A DNA stretch of 64,000 nt. It comes from an uncultured Planctomycetota bacterium (GTDB taxonomy: Bacteria; Planctomycetota; Planctomycetia; Gemmatales; Gemmataceae). The notes under the pieces were generated by a model. That model had not been told where the DNA came from. It did not search any database and saw nothing but the letters and a program-made list of their open reading frames with translations. The stretch spans positions 352,001-416,000 of the forward strand of contig CAWKHF010000007.1 of assembly GCA_963849325.1 (NCBI GenBank), given 5' to 3'. Of this stretch, positions 1-10,240 are shown piece by piece; position 1 is the first letter of the stretch; every line of letters begins with the position of its first letter. The position numbers were made by a program, and so were the translations under genes.

Positions 1-1214
1 AGGGCAATACCCCTGTTCCCGAACTCCGGCGACTTGCCAAACTGCCCTTCGCCGACTCGTCCTACTGTGCGGCGCGTCAACGCCTTCCCGTACCCTTCTT
101 CCAACGATGGAGCGACGCCGTCCTCGACCGCTGCGGTCGCTACGCCGACAACGACCCGCGCGCCCTCTGGCATGGCCACCGCGTCTTCTTCCTGGATGGT
201 TCGAGTTTCTCCATGCCGGACACGCCCGACTTGCGTGCCGCCTTCGGTCAGAGCGGCCAGCAGGCCCCAGGCTGCGGCTTCCCGACGGCCCATCTGCTGG
301 TGCAGTTCCACGCCTATACCGGCTATCTGATGAATGCCATGCCGGCCCCCTTACGCACGCACGACCTGGCCGACCTGACCTGGACCCATCGCGGACTGCG
401 GGCCGGCGACGTAGTGGCCGGTGATCGCGCTTTCTGTTCCTACGCTCATCTGGCGATGCGGCAGAAACGAGGCGTTTTCAGCCTCTTTCGTGCCCCTCAG
501 CGTCTTATCATCTCCTTCAAGCCGCGACGGACGCACGTAGCGCCCAACCGCCAGCCCCGTAAGGCAGAAGCGGGCTTGCCCCGGTCGCGCTGGCTGCGAC
601 GGCTGGGCCGCGACGATCAACTCGTCGAGTACTTCAAGCCGGCCGAGTGTCCGGCCTGGATGGACAGCCAGGAGTATGAGTCCTTGCCGTCGTCGCTGGT
701 GGTCCGTGAGTTGCGTGTGCCGATCCGGACGCCGGGTTGCCGCGTCCGGGAGTTGACGCTGGTGACCACCCTGTTGGATCGGCGGCGTTATCCGCCGGAG
801 GTGTTGGCTCGGCTGTACGAGAAACGTTGGAGCGTGGAAGTAAACCTGCGTCACCTCAAGCAAACCCTCGGTATGGATGTGCTACGTTGTGAGACGTGGC
901 GTGGCGTGTGGAAGGAGTTGTTGGTCTTCGTGTTGGTGTATAATCTGGTGCGGCGGGTGATGGTGGAGGCGGCACGGCAGCAAGACGTGGAACCGGAGCG
1001 CATTAGTTTCGCGGATGCGTGGCGTTGGCTGCGCGAGGCGCGGTGTGGGGAAGAATTGCCGCCGTTGCGGGTAAACCCGCGTCGGCCCGGTCGGGTGGAG
1101 CCGCGTGTGAAGAAGCGGCGACCCAAGCCGTACGATCTGATGAATAAGCCACGCTCCGTGCTGCGCCATAAACTGTTACACCAAACCTCACCACCACAAG
1201 AAGATGCGGCTTAA
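1..1214 (+). CDS. IS4-family DDE transposase, 5' truncated by the window edge
   Basis: The frame is open from nt 3 (YCAARQRLP, HRVFFLDGSSFSMPDTP) into ORF 213..1214. It contains GDRAFCSY and the YxxRWxxExxxRxLK (YREK-like) motif, plus a basic C-terminal tail. Confidence 0.9.
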   Translation, partial: GNTPVPELRRLAKLPFADSSYCAARQRLPVPFFQRWSDAVLDRCGRYADNDPRALWHGHRVFFLDGSSFSMPDTPDLRAAFGQSGQQAPGCGFPTAHLLVQFHAYTGYLMNAMPAPLRTHDLADLTWTHRGLRAGDVVAGDRAFCSYAHLAMRQKRGVFSLFRAPQRLIISFKPRRTHVAPNRQPRKAEAGLPRSRWLRRLGRDDQLVEYFKPAECPAWMDSQEYESLPSSLVVRELRVPIRTPGCRVRELTLVTTLLDRRRYPPEVLARLYEKRWSVEVNLRHLKQTLGMDVLRCETWRGVWKELLVFVLVYNLVRRVMVEAARQQDVEPERISFADAWRWLREARCGEELPPLRVNPRRPGRVEPRVKKRRPKPYDLMNKPRSVLRHKLLHQTSPPQEDAA

Positions 1215-1227
1215 CCGAACGCCATTC
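1..1227 (+). mobile_element. Right part of an IS4-family insertion sequence
   Basis: The transposase stop is followed by CCGAACGCCATTC, which resembles IS4-type right ends. The left end is outside the window, so the inverted repeat cannot be confirmed. Confidence 0.7.
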
Positions 1228-1290
1228 GGGTCGGGACTCGTAGTTATTACCCCGGCGGCAACGATTATCACATATTCGTGGCCGGGGTGC

Positions 1291-1332
1291 GGTGTCAGGA
1301 AACTTTTAAGACCTTAAAATTTTCCTGACACC
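1291..1332. repeat. Intergenic inverted repeat (GGTGTCAGGAAA...TTTCCTGACACC) between convergent genes; REP-like or terminator
   Basis: 12-bp perfect outer arms around an AT-rich, partly paired core. Confidence 0.7.
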
Positions 1333-1345
1333 ATTCTCGGAGGGA

Positions 1346-2194
1346 TCACTCAGCGGCGAGCTTGTTGGCCTGCTCGTGGAAGAACGCGACGCACTGGAGC
1401 AGCGTCGGAATGTCCCACTTCCATTCGTACTCGATGGCGATTGGTCCCTTGAACCCCTTGGCCTTGAGCACGCGCAGCATCTCGGCGGCGCGGCTGTCGC
1501 CGCTGCCCCAGGGCACGTCATGCAACCCCTGCGAACCGCCGCCGCGAACCAGATCCTTGAAGTGCAGCGAGAAGACACGCTCGCCGTACTTGTTCAGCAC
1601 CTCGACCGGGTCCAGGCCGCTGCGCTTCCAGTGGCCGACGTTGGCGCAGAAACCGACGTGCTTGAGGTCTTTGATTAGCCCATAAGTGTAGGCGGGATCC
1701 CAGTAGCGACTCGGCTTGGGGTGATCGTGGATGGCGACGCGAATCTCGAACTCGCCGGCCAGCTTGTCGATCAGCGGCAGCGCCTTGGGGTCCGGCTCCG
1801 AGACGAGCGTGGTGAGGCCCATCTTCTTGGCCCAGCCAAACAGCTTGCGGGCCTCGTCCTCCTTGGCGGAGATGCCGGTCACGCCGTAGTCGATGACCTT
1901 CACGTCGCACGCCTTGGCCTTGTCGAGCACGGCCTGAATCTGCGCATCGGTCATCTCGGGACCGAACTTGCCCTTGTCGTCGGGGCTGATGGGCTGGCCG
2001 GGGTAGATCTCGATGTAGTGGACGCCGAGCTTCTGGGCGACGTCGATGGACTGGAAGACGGTCTGATGGATGGTCCAGGATTGCAGCGTGAGCTTCCAGC
2101 CGAGCTTGTCGGCGCCGTGGGTATCCGGCGCGGCCGCGTGCAGCGGCAGACTCCACAGGGCCACCGCGGCCAGGCCAACGAGAGTGCGGTTCAT
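1346..2194 (-). CDS. Exported sugar phosphate isomerase/epimerase (xylose isomerase-like TIM barrel)
   Basis: N-terminal signal peptide; motifs VAIHDH, NVGHW, LHFKD and IAIEYE. Confidence 0.85.
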   Translation of the reverse strand: MNRTLVGLAAVALWSLPLHAAAPDTHGADKLGWKLTLQSWTIHQTVFQSIDVAQKLGVHYIEIYPGQPISPDDKGKFGPEMTDAQIQAVLDKAKACDVKVIDYGVTGISAKEDEARKLFGWAKKMGLTTLVSEPDPKALPLIDKLAGEFEIRVAIHDHPKPSRYWDPAYTYGLIKDLKHVGFCANVGHWKRSGLDPVEVLNKYGERVFSLHFKDLVRGGGSQGLHDVPWGSGDSRAAEMLRVLKAKGFKGPIAIEYEWKWDIPTLLQCVAFFHEQANKLAAE

Positions 2195-2333
2195 GCACGG
2201 TTCCTTTCGAGTACGGTGTGAGTTCGGTCTCCAGGTGCCCCTGTCCAGAACGTGGGCTTGCCTTTGTCTGTCTTTTTACATGCGGCGCCGACTATCGCAC
2301 ACGATGGCTCCCATGCCGCTCGGCTCGCGGCAC

Positions 2334-3782
2334 CTACCCGGCGCCGGAAAACGCCATCGTGACGGCCGCGACGGCGTGAGGCGGCAGCTCCACGTCGAGG
2401 CGAGCGGTTCGTCCCTCATACGCACAGGGATGCGGCTCCCGAACCAGCCGGGACGCCTGGTGCAGATGCTCCACTTGCTCCGCGTTCAGATACTCCGGCT
2501 GGCCCAGCGTCCGCCAGACCGCCCTGGCGTTGGCGTGGCCGTCGTCGATCCGCTCCACCGTCACGGATCGCGGCGGCGGAACGTCGGTCAACTCCAGTCG
2601 CACGCGCTGGGCCTTGATGGGCTGACGCGGCATGGCGTGGTTGGTCAGCAGGACAGTGAGGGCGTCACCCCGCCGCACGGCCCAGGCGTCCACGGTCTCA
2701 TGAGCGCCCTCGACCGGCAGTCGTTCCTCTCCCAGTCGGCGCAGCAGCTCGAAAGCGCGATAGGTCGGCTTGGGGATGCCGTGCAGGTTCAGCAATCCGA
2801 AGCCACCGTGGAAGGGCAGTGACGGAAAGTAATTCTCCTCGAAAATGTCCGTGAACGTCCAGAAGCTGTACGCCTCGACGAATTCGCTCGCCTCCAGGGC
2901 GCTCTTGGCCGCGAAGGCCGCGGCGTAGGGTTCGTCGTGGCGCGGGTAACGCGGGTTGGACGAGGCGTTCCATTCCGTGTACAGCAACGGCCGATCGCCC
3001 ACCTGCCGCCGTGCCTCCGCCACTTGCTTGCGCAGGACGCCGCGCGGCGTACCGGCCAGCTCGCTCTCCGTGTCCTGGGCATCGCTCCACAAGGCGTCGT
3101 TGGGATAGTGGTGTGTGCTAACGAAGTCGGCTGGCAGCCTATTGCGGTCGCAAAAGTCGAGAAACTCCGGCAGCCAGGCGTTGGCGGCGGTGGCCGGACC
3201 ACCGACGCGCAACTCGGCATCCACACCCTTGATCGCCTCCACCGTATGCCGGTATAGCTCCCAATACTGCTTTTGCGTGCCCGCCCAGAACGCCGACAGG
3301 TTCGGCTCGTTCCACACCTCGAAATACCAGCGGCGAACCTCCTCTCGACCGTAGCGTTCGACCCAGTGCGCCGCCAGCCGGCGTATCAGTTCGCCCCACT
3401 GCCGGTAGTCGGCCGGGGGCGTGACGTTGCCGTGATACGAAAAGACGGTTTCGTCACCCGAGGCCAGCGACGCCGGCATGAAACTCAACTCCACGAACGG
3501 ACGCATGCCGATCGACAGCAGGAAGTCGGCGATGCGATCGGCGTTGAAAAACGAATAGAGGAGACGGTCTCGATGGCATACCAGCGTGCCGACGTCGTCG
3601 CTCAACAGGCCGTGGAAGCGGACGTAACGAAAACCCAGTTCGTCGTGACAGCGGCGGAGCTGAGCTTGCCAGTCGGCGCGGAGAGCGAGGGGAGCGTGAC
3701 AGCTGCCGACGGTGTGCACCCAGACGTGGGGCAGCGGCACGGCGGGGGCCGACAACGAGCATCGGAAGTGTACTTCGTCCAT
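2334..3782 (-). CDS. Glycoside hydrolase family 39 (beta-xylosidase-like)
   Basis: Motifs YVRFHGLL, PFVELSFMP, FEVWNEPN (acid/base), YTEWN (nucleophile) and SFWTFTDIFEE. ATG at 3782 follows AAGGAA; an alternative GTG lies at 3806. Confidence 0.93.
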   Translation of the reverse strand: MDEVHFRCSLSAPAVPLPHVWVHTVGSCHAPLALRADWQAQLRRCHDELGFRYVRFHGLLSDDVGTLVCHRDRLLYSFFNADRIADFLLSIGMRPFVELSFMPASLASGDETVFSYHGNVTPPADYRQWGELIRRLAAHWVERYGREEVRRWYFEVWNEPNLSAFWAGTQKQYWELYRHTVEAIKGVDAELRVGGPATAANAWLPEFLDFCDRNRLPADFVSTHHYPNDALWSDAQDTESELAGTPRGVLRKQVAEARRQVGDRPLLYTEWNASSNPRYPRHDEPYAAAFAAKSALEASEFVEAYSFWTFTDIFEENYFPSLPFHGGFGLLNLHGIPKPTYRAFELLRRLGEERLPVEGAHETVDAWAVRRGDALTVLLTNHAMPRQPIKAQRVRLELTDVPPPRSVTVERIDDGHANARAVWRTLGQPEYLNAEQVEHLHQASRLVREPHPCAYEGRTARLDVELPPHAVAAVTMAFSGAG

Positions 3783-3802
3783 GCTTGCGTTCCTTGCGAA
3801 AT

Positions 3803-5113
3803 TCACGGGGCGTCTCGCACGGTCGGCGCCGGCGCGACCTTCTCCGTCGGCGTGAACCCGAGGCGTTGCAACCCCTGGTTGACGCAGGGAAGAGAGTGAA
3901 AGACGCGACGGACCCGATCGCCCATCAGGTAATTGTCCAGGGCCAGCACGGCGGCGCCGGCGTCGATGCCAACCATGTCGTGGCCGACCCAGTGATGATC
4001 GAGGTTCACGGGGCTGAAGCCGTAGCGGCCGCGCGCCTGGAGCGCCGAATCGTGGTCGGCTTCCTCCAGGTTCTGGAGCACCTCGGCGGGGAGGTGGGCC
4101 ACGGCGGCGAGCGTGGCGGTGAGCTGGGCGGTGCCGTCGATCGGCTTGTGAGGGCTGCGCGGCCGATAGGAATCGCGCTGCGGTGGATCGCCCGGCCCGT
4201 CGCCGTTGGACAGACCCCAGAAGCGACGGTAAGTGACGAAATGAGTCGCCTGGCCGCGACAGAACAGGTAGTTGGCGCGCGTGGCGACGCGCGCCTCCGC
4301 GGCCAGGTCTACCGGGCCGGGCGGCCGCCAGCGCCGCAGGTCCAGCAGGTCGAGTCCGTACTCGAAGACGAACAATCCCAGGTCGGCGCTATTGAAGCGC
4401 AGGCCGGCCACCCTGGCGTAGAAGGGCCGCAGCGACGACCAGCATTTCGCCGGTACGGCCCGCTCCGGCGCCGCTCCAGCACCCAGGACGTACATGAAGA
4501 CGGTCTCGCCGTTGATGCGGTCCCAGAAATGGGGCAGGAAACAGCCATTGAGGCTCTTGCCGTGACGGAGTAAACCGCGATCGTCGGATTCCGGGTCAGT
4601 CCAGTACAACCAATCGACCCGGTTGTACAACTCCTCAGCGCGTCTCTCCAGATCGGCGTCACGCAAGAAGGCAGCCGACCACAGGGCGCCGGCGATCAAC
4701 CAGGACGAATCGATGGTGCTGAAGGCGTCGTGACCGCGCAATTCGTCGGTGACAGCATCGCGGAAGTGAGGCAGGATACCGTGGTCGTGGTCCATGCGCT
4801 CGAGCGCCATTTGCAGAGTGGCGCGAATGCGGCCGGCCGCCGCTTCGGGCGCCAGCAGCCGATACGGTTCCGCCGCCGCCAGGGCCAGGGCGATCAGGCC
4901 CATGCCGGTGGCGGCGGTACTGTACCAGCCCGTGGTACGCGGCGTCTCGTGATTGGCCTGACGATCGCGGACAAGTCCGCCGGGAACCTGGTTGTCGAAA
5001 AAGTAGTACAGGGCTTGCCGCTGCAATCCCATCAGGAAGGCCCCTTCCGCCGGGGTGAGCGTAGCCGCGGCGGACGAGATCGGCCTTTCGGGTTGTGTCG
5101 CCAAAGCGGTCAT
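3803..5113 (-). CDS. Glucoamylase-family (alpha/alpha)6 protein, GH144/beta-1,2-glucanase-like
   Basis: Motifs GLVRDR, STAATGMGL, GILPHF, STIDSSWLIAG, GRYGF and GIDAG. Confidence 0.7.
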   Translation of the reverse strand: MTALATQPERPISSAAATLTPAEGAFLMGLQRQALYYFFDNQVPGGLVRDRQANHETPRTTGWYSTAATGMGLIALALAAAEPYRLLAPEAAAGRIRATLQMALERMDHDHGILPHFRDAVTDELRGHDAFSTIDSSWLIAGALWSAAFLRDADLERRAEELYNRVDWLYWTDPESDDRGLLRHGKSLNGCFLPHFWDRINGETVFMYVLGAGAAPERAVPAKCWSSLRPFYARVAGLRFNSADLGLFVFEYGLDLLDLRRWRPPGPVDLAAEARVATRANYLFCRGQATHFVTYRRFWGLSNGDGPGDPPQRDSYRPRSPHKPIDGTAQLTATLAAVAHLPAEVLQNLEEADHDSALQARGRYGFSPVNLDHHWVGHDMVGIDAGAAVLALDNYLMGDRVRRVFHSLPCVNQGLQRLGFTPTEKVAPAPTVRDAP

Positions 5114-5610
5114 GGCCTCGGATCGGTGTCGGCGATCCGGCTGGCCAGGGCCGCTGCCAGCGGATCGTTCATCGGTCGGCTGTCGCGCTGCTCCAGGGCG
5201 TCCTGACGGACCTCGACCTCATGCAAATCGGCGCTGAAGCGCTTGATGTCGCGGTCAAGATCCTGGTCGGCGGCCGACACCACGGCCAGGACGCGCTCCA
5301 GGTCGCCGTGGTCCAACCACAGGCCGCCGCAATTACGACACTTGTCCAGGAGGATACCGCTGTCGCCGGCGTAGTTGAACGGCTCCATCGGCACACCGCA
5401 GCGCGGACAGCAGGCGTCCTCCTGCACGTCGGTCAGGTCAACGCCGGTGCGGCTCATTGGCCCACTGACGGGCAGCTTGATGAGGTCGAGGATGGCCTTC
5501 AAGTCTTGCGGGTCGATCCAGCGACCGCCGCAGCGGCCGCACCTTTCCATTGTGATGTCGCCGTGCTGCTCGACATCCAGGGAGTTGTTGCAACGCGGAC
5601 AGGGGTTCAT
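5110..5610 (-). CDS. Tandem TFIIB-type zinc-ribbon protein
   Basis: Two CxxC...CxxCGGxWxD units; RBS GGAGG before ATG 5610; ATGA overlap with the next gene. Confidence 0.8.
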   Translation of the reverse strand: MNPCPRCNNSLDVEQHGDITMERCGRCGGRWIDPQDLKAILDLIKLPVSGPMSRTGVDLTDVQEDACCPRCGVPMEPFNYAGDSGILLDKCRNCGGLWLDHGDLERVLAVVSAADQDLDRDIKRFSADLHEVEVRQDALEQRDSRPMNDPLAAALASRIADTDPRP

Positions 5611-5681
5611 GGCTCGCCTCCGGAAGCGGGCGAAGGGCCGCCAGGGTGCCGCCACCCTGACCGATACTTACGGAGAGATAC

Positions 5682-5697
5682 AGCAAGCGCCGTGCCG
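5682..5697 (-). promoter_or_regulatory. Putative sigma-54 (-24/-12) promoter
   Basis: The minus strand reads CGGCAC-GGCGC-TTGCT, matching the YGGCAC-N5-TTGCW consensus, about 70 bp upstream of ATG 5610. Confidence 0.65.
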
Positions 5698-5705
5698 CTG
5701 CTCCG

Positions 5706-7759
5706 TCAAGGTGCAGACCCCTTCCGCGATCCGGTGCGCGGGCCGACGGCGGAAAGGACTAACGGCACGAAACCCGCCTTGAGGGCCGGCGACTTCTCTT
5801 GCAGTCGAAAGTCGTTTTTCGCCGCGTTGACGAAGAGAGGGTCGGCGACGAGGGAATGCGTGTCCAGGCCGCGGTCGCGCCACTGCTGCCAGGTGTCGCC
5901 GTTAAAGCGGACCTCGCCGCCGCCAGCGCGCCAGTAGACGTTGTGGTCGAAAATGACGTTCCGCGTCGTCCAGTTGCCGGCGAGCAGCTTGCCCTCCGTC
6001 CAGTAGACGATGTTGCGCTCGAAGGTGAAGCTGCGATGCGGCTCGGGCCGCGTACGCTGGATCTGCGCGTCGCGGCCGAGGGCGAAGACGTTGTTGCGGA
6101 CCACGTTGTCCTTGCCGTAATGCTGGTGGAAGCCGCCGTGCGTCGTGCGGTAGACGAGATTGTTCTCGGCCGTGATGTTCGTGCTGCCCTCGTCGAAGTA
6201 GATGCCCCAACCACCGTAGCGATGGCCGGCGATGTCGTGAAAGACGTTGCCGCGAACCACCGTGCCGGGCTGAACGCCGAGCGTGTAGATGCCGCCCAGG
6301 TCGCTGAGCCAACCCTGACCCAGGTCGTGAACGTGGTTGAACTCGATGACGTTGTCGCGGGCCAAGCTCTTGCCGTAGCCCCAGGTCCAGCCACAGGAGA
6401 TGCCGGTGTAATACCAATCGTGGATGTGATTGTGGGCGATGCGGTTGCCGAAACTCTGGCCGACCCAGACCCCTACTGCCTGGTGGAACAGCCGCCCGCC
6501 GGCATGGATGTGGTTATCGGAGACAATGTTGTCGTGTGTCTGCCGCGTGGGGGCGTCATTCGGGCGCCTTCGCCGATCTGGACGCCGCCGCCGCCGAGGT
6601 CGAACAAGTCGCAGCCGGCGACGCGGTTGTGCCGGCAGCCACGGCCCAACTGGACGGCGTAGTTGCTGACGTGGGCCACCGTGCAGTCCTCCAGCGCGCA
6701 ATGATCCTCGCCTTCGCCCTGGACGGCGCCCGGCACCGAGACCGCCGCCTGGATGTCGAGCGGATCTTTGTGCTCGGGCCACCACTCGGCATGCGCAAAC
6801 GTCAGTCCGCGCAAGGTCACGTGGGCCACCGGCCGATTCATTTCCGGTTTGCCCTCGAAACGGACCAGGTACGGCAAAACCGGAGCGATCACCTCGGCTC
6901 GCGTCCTGTCCTCATCGGGATAAGGTCGATAGTACAACGTCCCGGTTTGGCGATGCAGATACCACTCGCCCGGCGCGTCCAGCAATTCCAGGGCGTTCTC
7001 GACGTAGTAACGGGCGGGCTCGGAGCCGTCGGTCAGGAGGCGGCGGCTCTTCGAGGCGAATGTGACCAGCCGCTCCTTCTCGTCCACGGCCGCGACCGGA
7101 AGGCGGACGCTGACCCACAGGTGCAGGGCCACGACATCCACGTCTTCGAGGTTGTCCCACGCCTTGATGTCGCCCGGCGCGAACCGAAACCGATTTTGTC
7201 CCTGGTTCCGCGGCGTCGTCTTGACGACGTCCGGCAGTCCGGCGATGCGGAGAAAGCCATTGTTGGGATGGCGGGCGCGAAAGCGCCTCTGCCCATTGAC
7301 CCAGAGCTGATGGAAGTACCACTTGCCGGCGCGCACGTCGGGTAATTCCGTCGTCCACAGTTTCTGGCCGGCGACGGTCGTTTCCTTCCAACCCGTGATC
7401 TGCCGACCGCCACTGATGACGGGCCTCTCGCCCGGCTCGGCGGCAAAGACAACCGGAGCGTCCGCCGTACCGGCGTCCTCGGCCGTCAGCATCAGCGGCG
7501 CGGCGAGCCGATACGTCCCTCCGCGCAACAGGATCGTGGCTGGCCGGCGGGGTTGTCCGGCCTGCTGGCGCTTGAGTTCTCGCAGTGCGTTCCGGGCGCA
7601 TTGCAGGGTGGCGAACGGCTTCTCCCGCGTACCCGGGTTTTGATCGTCGCCGTCGGGGGCAATGTGGAAGGTCTGCGGCGTCGGTGCGGCGACGACGCAG
7701 AAAGCCGATCCGAAAAGTCCCATTCCAACGGCGACAAGGATGACTCGTTGTGTGTGCAT
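5706..7759 (-). CDS. Secreted right-handed parallel beta-helix protein (GH141-like); one frameshift near 6560-6575
   Basis: ORF 6473..7759 has a signal peptide, PFATL, LLRGGTY and LDAPGEWY. It joins ORF 5706..6785, which has YTGISCGW, DLGGIYTLG and GIYFDEGS. Confidence 0.8.
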
Positions 7760-7903
7760 GAGTTGTCCCCCTGCCAGGAAAACTCCTCAGGACTCGGCGG
7801 CCGCTGCCGCGTGTTATCCTATGCGGCGGCGCGAAGAAGGCGCGACAGTTCGGCTCGTTCGGCTTGCGCATCTTTTGCTCGCCAATCCAGGGACCATCTT
7901 TCG

Positions 7904-7955
7904 GAGCCGGAAGCGTAAGCGAAGGAACGACCCCCTTCGCGGACGCTTCTGGCTC
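7904..7955. repeat. REP-like imperfect palindrome (GAGCCGGAAGCGT...ACGCTTCTGGCTC)
   Basis: About 22-bp imperfect arms in the divergent intergenic region; resembles the element at 45539-45600. Confidence 0.7.
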
Positions 7956-7979
7956 GGATAGGATTTCGCTGGAAGGGAG

Positions 7980-8906
7980 ATGGGCATGGCTATCAGCTCG
8001 ATTCGTCTGCGCGAGGCATGGAACTGGGGCGGGCTGTCGGCGAAGGAAGTGGGCGTCCGCACCTACCGGGCGATGGACCAGCACGACACACTCAACCAGG
8101 CGGCGGTCGTCGCCTTCTTCGCCATGCTGTCGCTGGTGCCGCTATTGAGTTTGGTCCTGGCCTTCGCGCTCGGCGCCCAGCCCGGCGTCGCCGTCCAGGT
8201 CCAGGCGCTTTGCCGCCAGCTCATGCCCACGGAAGCCTATCACATCGTCCGCGATCAAATCGACAAGATGCAGTCGGCCACTCCCATCGGTTTGGTGTCG
8301 CTGTCGATCCTCCTGCTCCTCTGGTCGGCGTCGAGCCTGTTCGTCGCCGTCATGGACACAACCAACGCCGCCTATGGCGTGCGCGACGAGCGACCGTGGT
8401 GGAAGAAACGGCTTCTGGCCATCGTCCTGACCATCGCCGAGACGGTCCTGCTCATCGGCGCCTGCGTCACGATTGCGGTCTGGCCGCAGGTGATGGGTTG
8501 GCTGGGCCTGAGCACCCTGGCGACGACGCTGGCGACCGTGGTGCAGTGGATCGTTGTGGTGATCGCTCTTCTCAGTGCCTTCGCGCTGGCCTACTACTTT
8601 GGCCCACACGTCGAACAGGAGTGGGAATGGATCACGCCGGGTTCGACGCTCGGCGTGCTGGCCCTCATCGTGTCCAGCCTGGGGTTCCAGCTCTATCTGC
8701 GCTTCGGCAACACCTACAGCGAAACCTATGGTGCCCTGGCCGGCGTCGTGCTCATGATGCTCTGGCTGTACCTGGCCGCCCTGGCCTTGCTGGTTGGGGC
8801 TGAGGTCAACTGCGTCATCGAACACGCCGCCCCTCACGGCCGGAACTCGGGCCAGAAGGAGGCGCCTGCGGTGCCCACGCCGGAAGCAGCCAAGGTGGCA
8901 AGGTGA
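7980..8906 (+). CDS. YihY/virulence factor BrkB family membrane protein
   Basis: About six hydrophobic segments; motifs AAVVAFFAMLSLVP, NAAYGV, YYFGP, TYGALAGV and GAEVN. Confidence 0.9.
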   Translation: MGMAISSIRLREAWNWGGLSAKEVGVRTYRAMDQHDTLNQAAVVAFFAMLSLVPLLSLVLAFALGAQPGVAVQVQALCRQLMPTEAYHIVRDQIDKMQSATPIGLVSLSILLLLWSASSLFVAVMDTTNAAYGVRDERPWWKKRLLAIVLTIAETVLLIGACVTIAVWPQVMGWLGLSTLATTLATVVQWIVVVIALLSAFALAYYFGPHVEQEWEWITPGSTLGVLALIVSSLGFQLYLRFGNTYSETYGALAGVVLMMLWLYLAALALLVGAEVNCVIEHAAPHGRNSGQKEAPAVPTPEAAKVAR

Positions 8907-8947
8907 GAGCGAACATCGATTCCACCCCGCGAACAGGAGTGCGAAAC

Positions 8948-10114
8948 ATGAAGGATGGCGACATCACCACGCAGCGAACGGGACAGGCGACAGTCGGCGG
9001 ATGTTCCACCTCGGTCGATCACGACCGCAGTCTGCCGGAAGTGGACCTGCTCAGTCCGCTGACGATACGCGGCGTCACCTTTCGCAACCGCATCGCGGTG
9101 TCGCCGATGTGTCAGTATTGCGCCGAGGAAGGGCTGGCCGATGATTGGCACCTGGTCCACCTGGGCAGCCGGGCCGTCGGCGGGGCGAGCCTGGTCATGG
9201 TCGAGGCCACGGCGGTCACGCGCGACGGACGCATCACGCCCGGCGACCTCGGTATCTGGGACGATCGCCACGCTGAGCAGCTGACGCGCATCGCTCGCTT
9301 TCTGCACCGCGAAGGGTCCGTCGCCGGCATCCAGCTGGCCCACGCTGGGCGCAAGGCCAGCTGCGACGTGCCCTGGAAGGGCGGCGCTCGCCTGAAGACG
9401 GCGGCGGAGGGCGGTTGGCCGGTCGTCGGCCCTAGCCCCGATCCGTTCCACGAGGGCGACCCATCGTCACGAGAGCTGGACGAGGCCGACATCGAGGCGA
9501 TTATCGCTGCCTTCGTCGCCGCCGCGCGCCGCGCTCTCGCCGCCGGCTTCCGCGTTCTCGAAATCCATTCGGCACACGGCTATCTGCTGCACTCCTTCCT
9601 CTCGCCGCTGAGCAACCACCGCGGCGATCGCTACGGCGGCAGCCTGGAGAATCGGATGCGCCTGGTCCTGCGCGTGACGGAGGAACTGCGTCAGATCGTA
9701 CCGGAGGAACTGCCTCTGTTCGTGCGCATCTCGGCGACCGACTGGGTGCAAGGCGGCTGGGACCTGGAGCAGTCGATCGTCCTGGCCCGCGCCCTGTGCG
9801 AGCGCGGCGTGGACCTGATCGACTGCTCCAGCGGCGGCGTGGTGCCGCACGCGACGATCCCGGTGGGCAAGAACTACCAGGTGCCGTTCGCCGCCGCGAT
9901 TCGCAAAGAAGTGGGCGTCCACACCGGGGCCGTCGGACTGATCACCGAGCCGGAGCAGGCCAGCGAGATCATCACGTCGGGAGCCGCGGATTTGGTCTTC
10001 CTCGCTCGGCAGATGCTGCGCGAGCCGTACTGGGCCTTGCACGCCCAGCAGGCGCTGCACCAGGACCCGGCCTGGCCGGTACAGTACGGCTACGCCGTCC
10101 GGCGACGGAAGTGA
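8948..10114 (+). CDS. NADH:flavin oxidoreductase (Old Yellow Enzyme, YqjM/NamA-like)
   Basis: Motifs NRIAVSPMCQY, IQLAHAGRK, EIHSAHGYLLHSFLSP, YGGSLENR and REPYW. Confidence 0.93.
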   Translation: MKDGDITTQRTGQATVGGCSTSVDHDRSLPEVDLLSPLTIRGVTFRNRIAVSPMCQYCAEEGLADDWHLVHLGSRAVGGASLVMVEATAVTRDGRITPGDLGIWDDRHAEQLTRIARFLHREGSVAGIQLAHAGRKASCDVPWKGGARLKTAAEGGWPVVGPSPDPFHEGDPSSRELDEADIEAIIAAFVAAARRALAAGFRVLEIHSAHGYLLHSFLSPLSNHRGDRYGGSLENRMRLVLRVTEELRQIVPEELPLFVRISATDWVQGGWDLEQSIVLARALCERGVDLIDCSSGGVVPHATIPVGKNYQVPFAAAIRKEVGVHTGAVGLITEPEQASEIITSGAADLVFLARQMLREPYWALHAQQALHQDPAWPVQYGYAVRRRK

Positions 10115-10240
10115 CATCGCTTTGTCAGCCCTGCGCCAACGCGGATTCGTCCGCCGGCCCCTCGCCTCGACCGAGGGTCCCGGCTATCCTATCGCTGATG
10201 ACGTGCCGATGAACCCTTGTCCTCCGAGGAGACTTCACCG

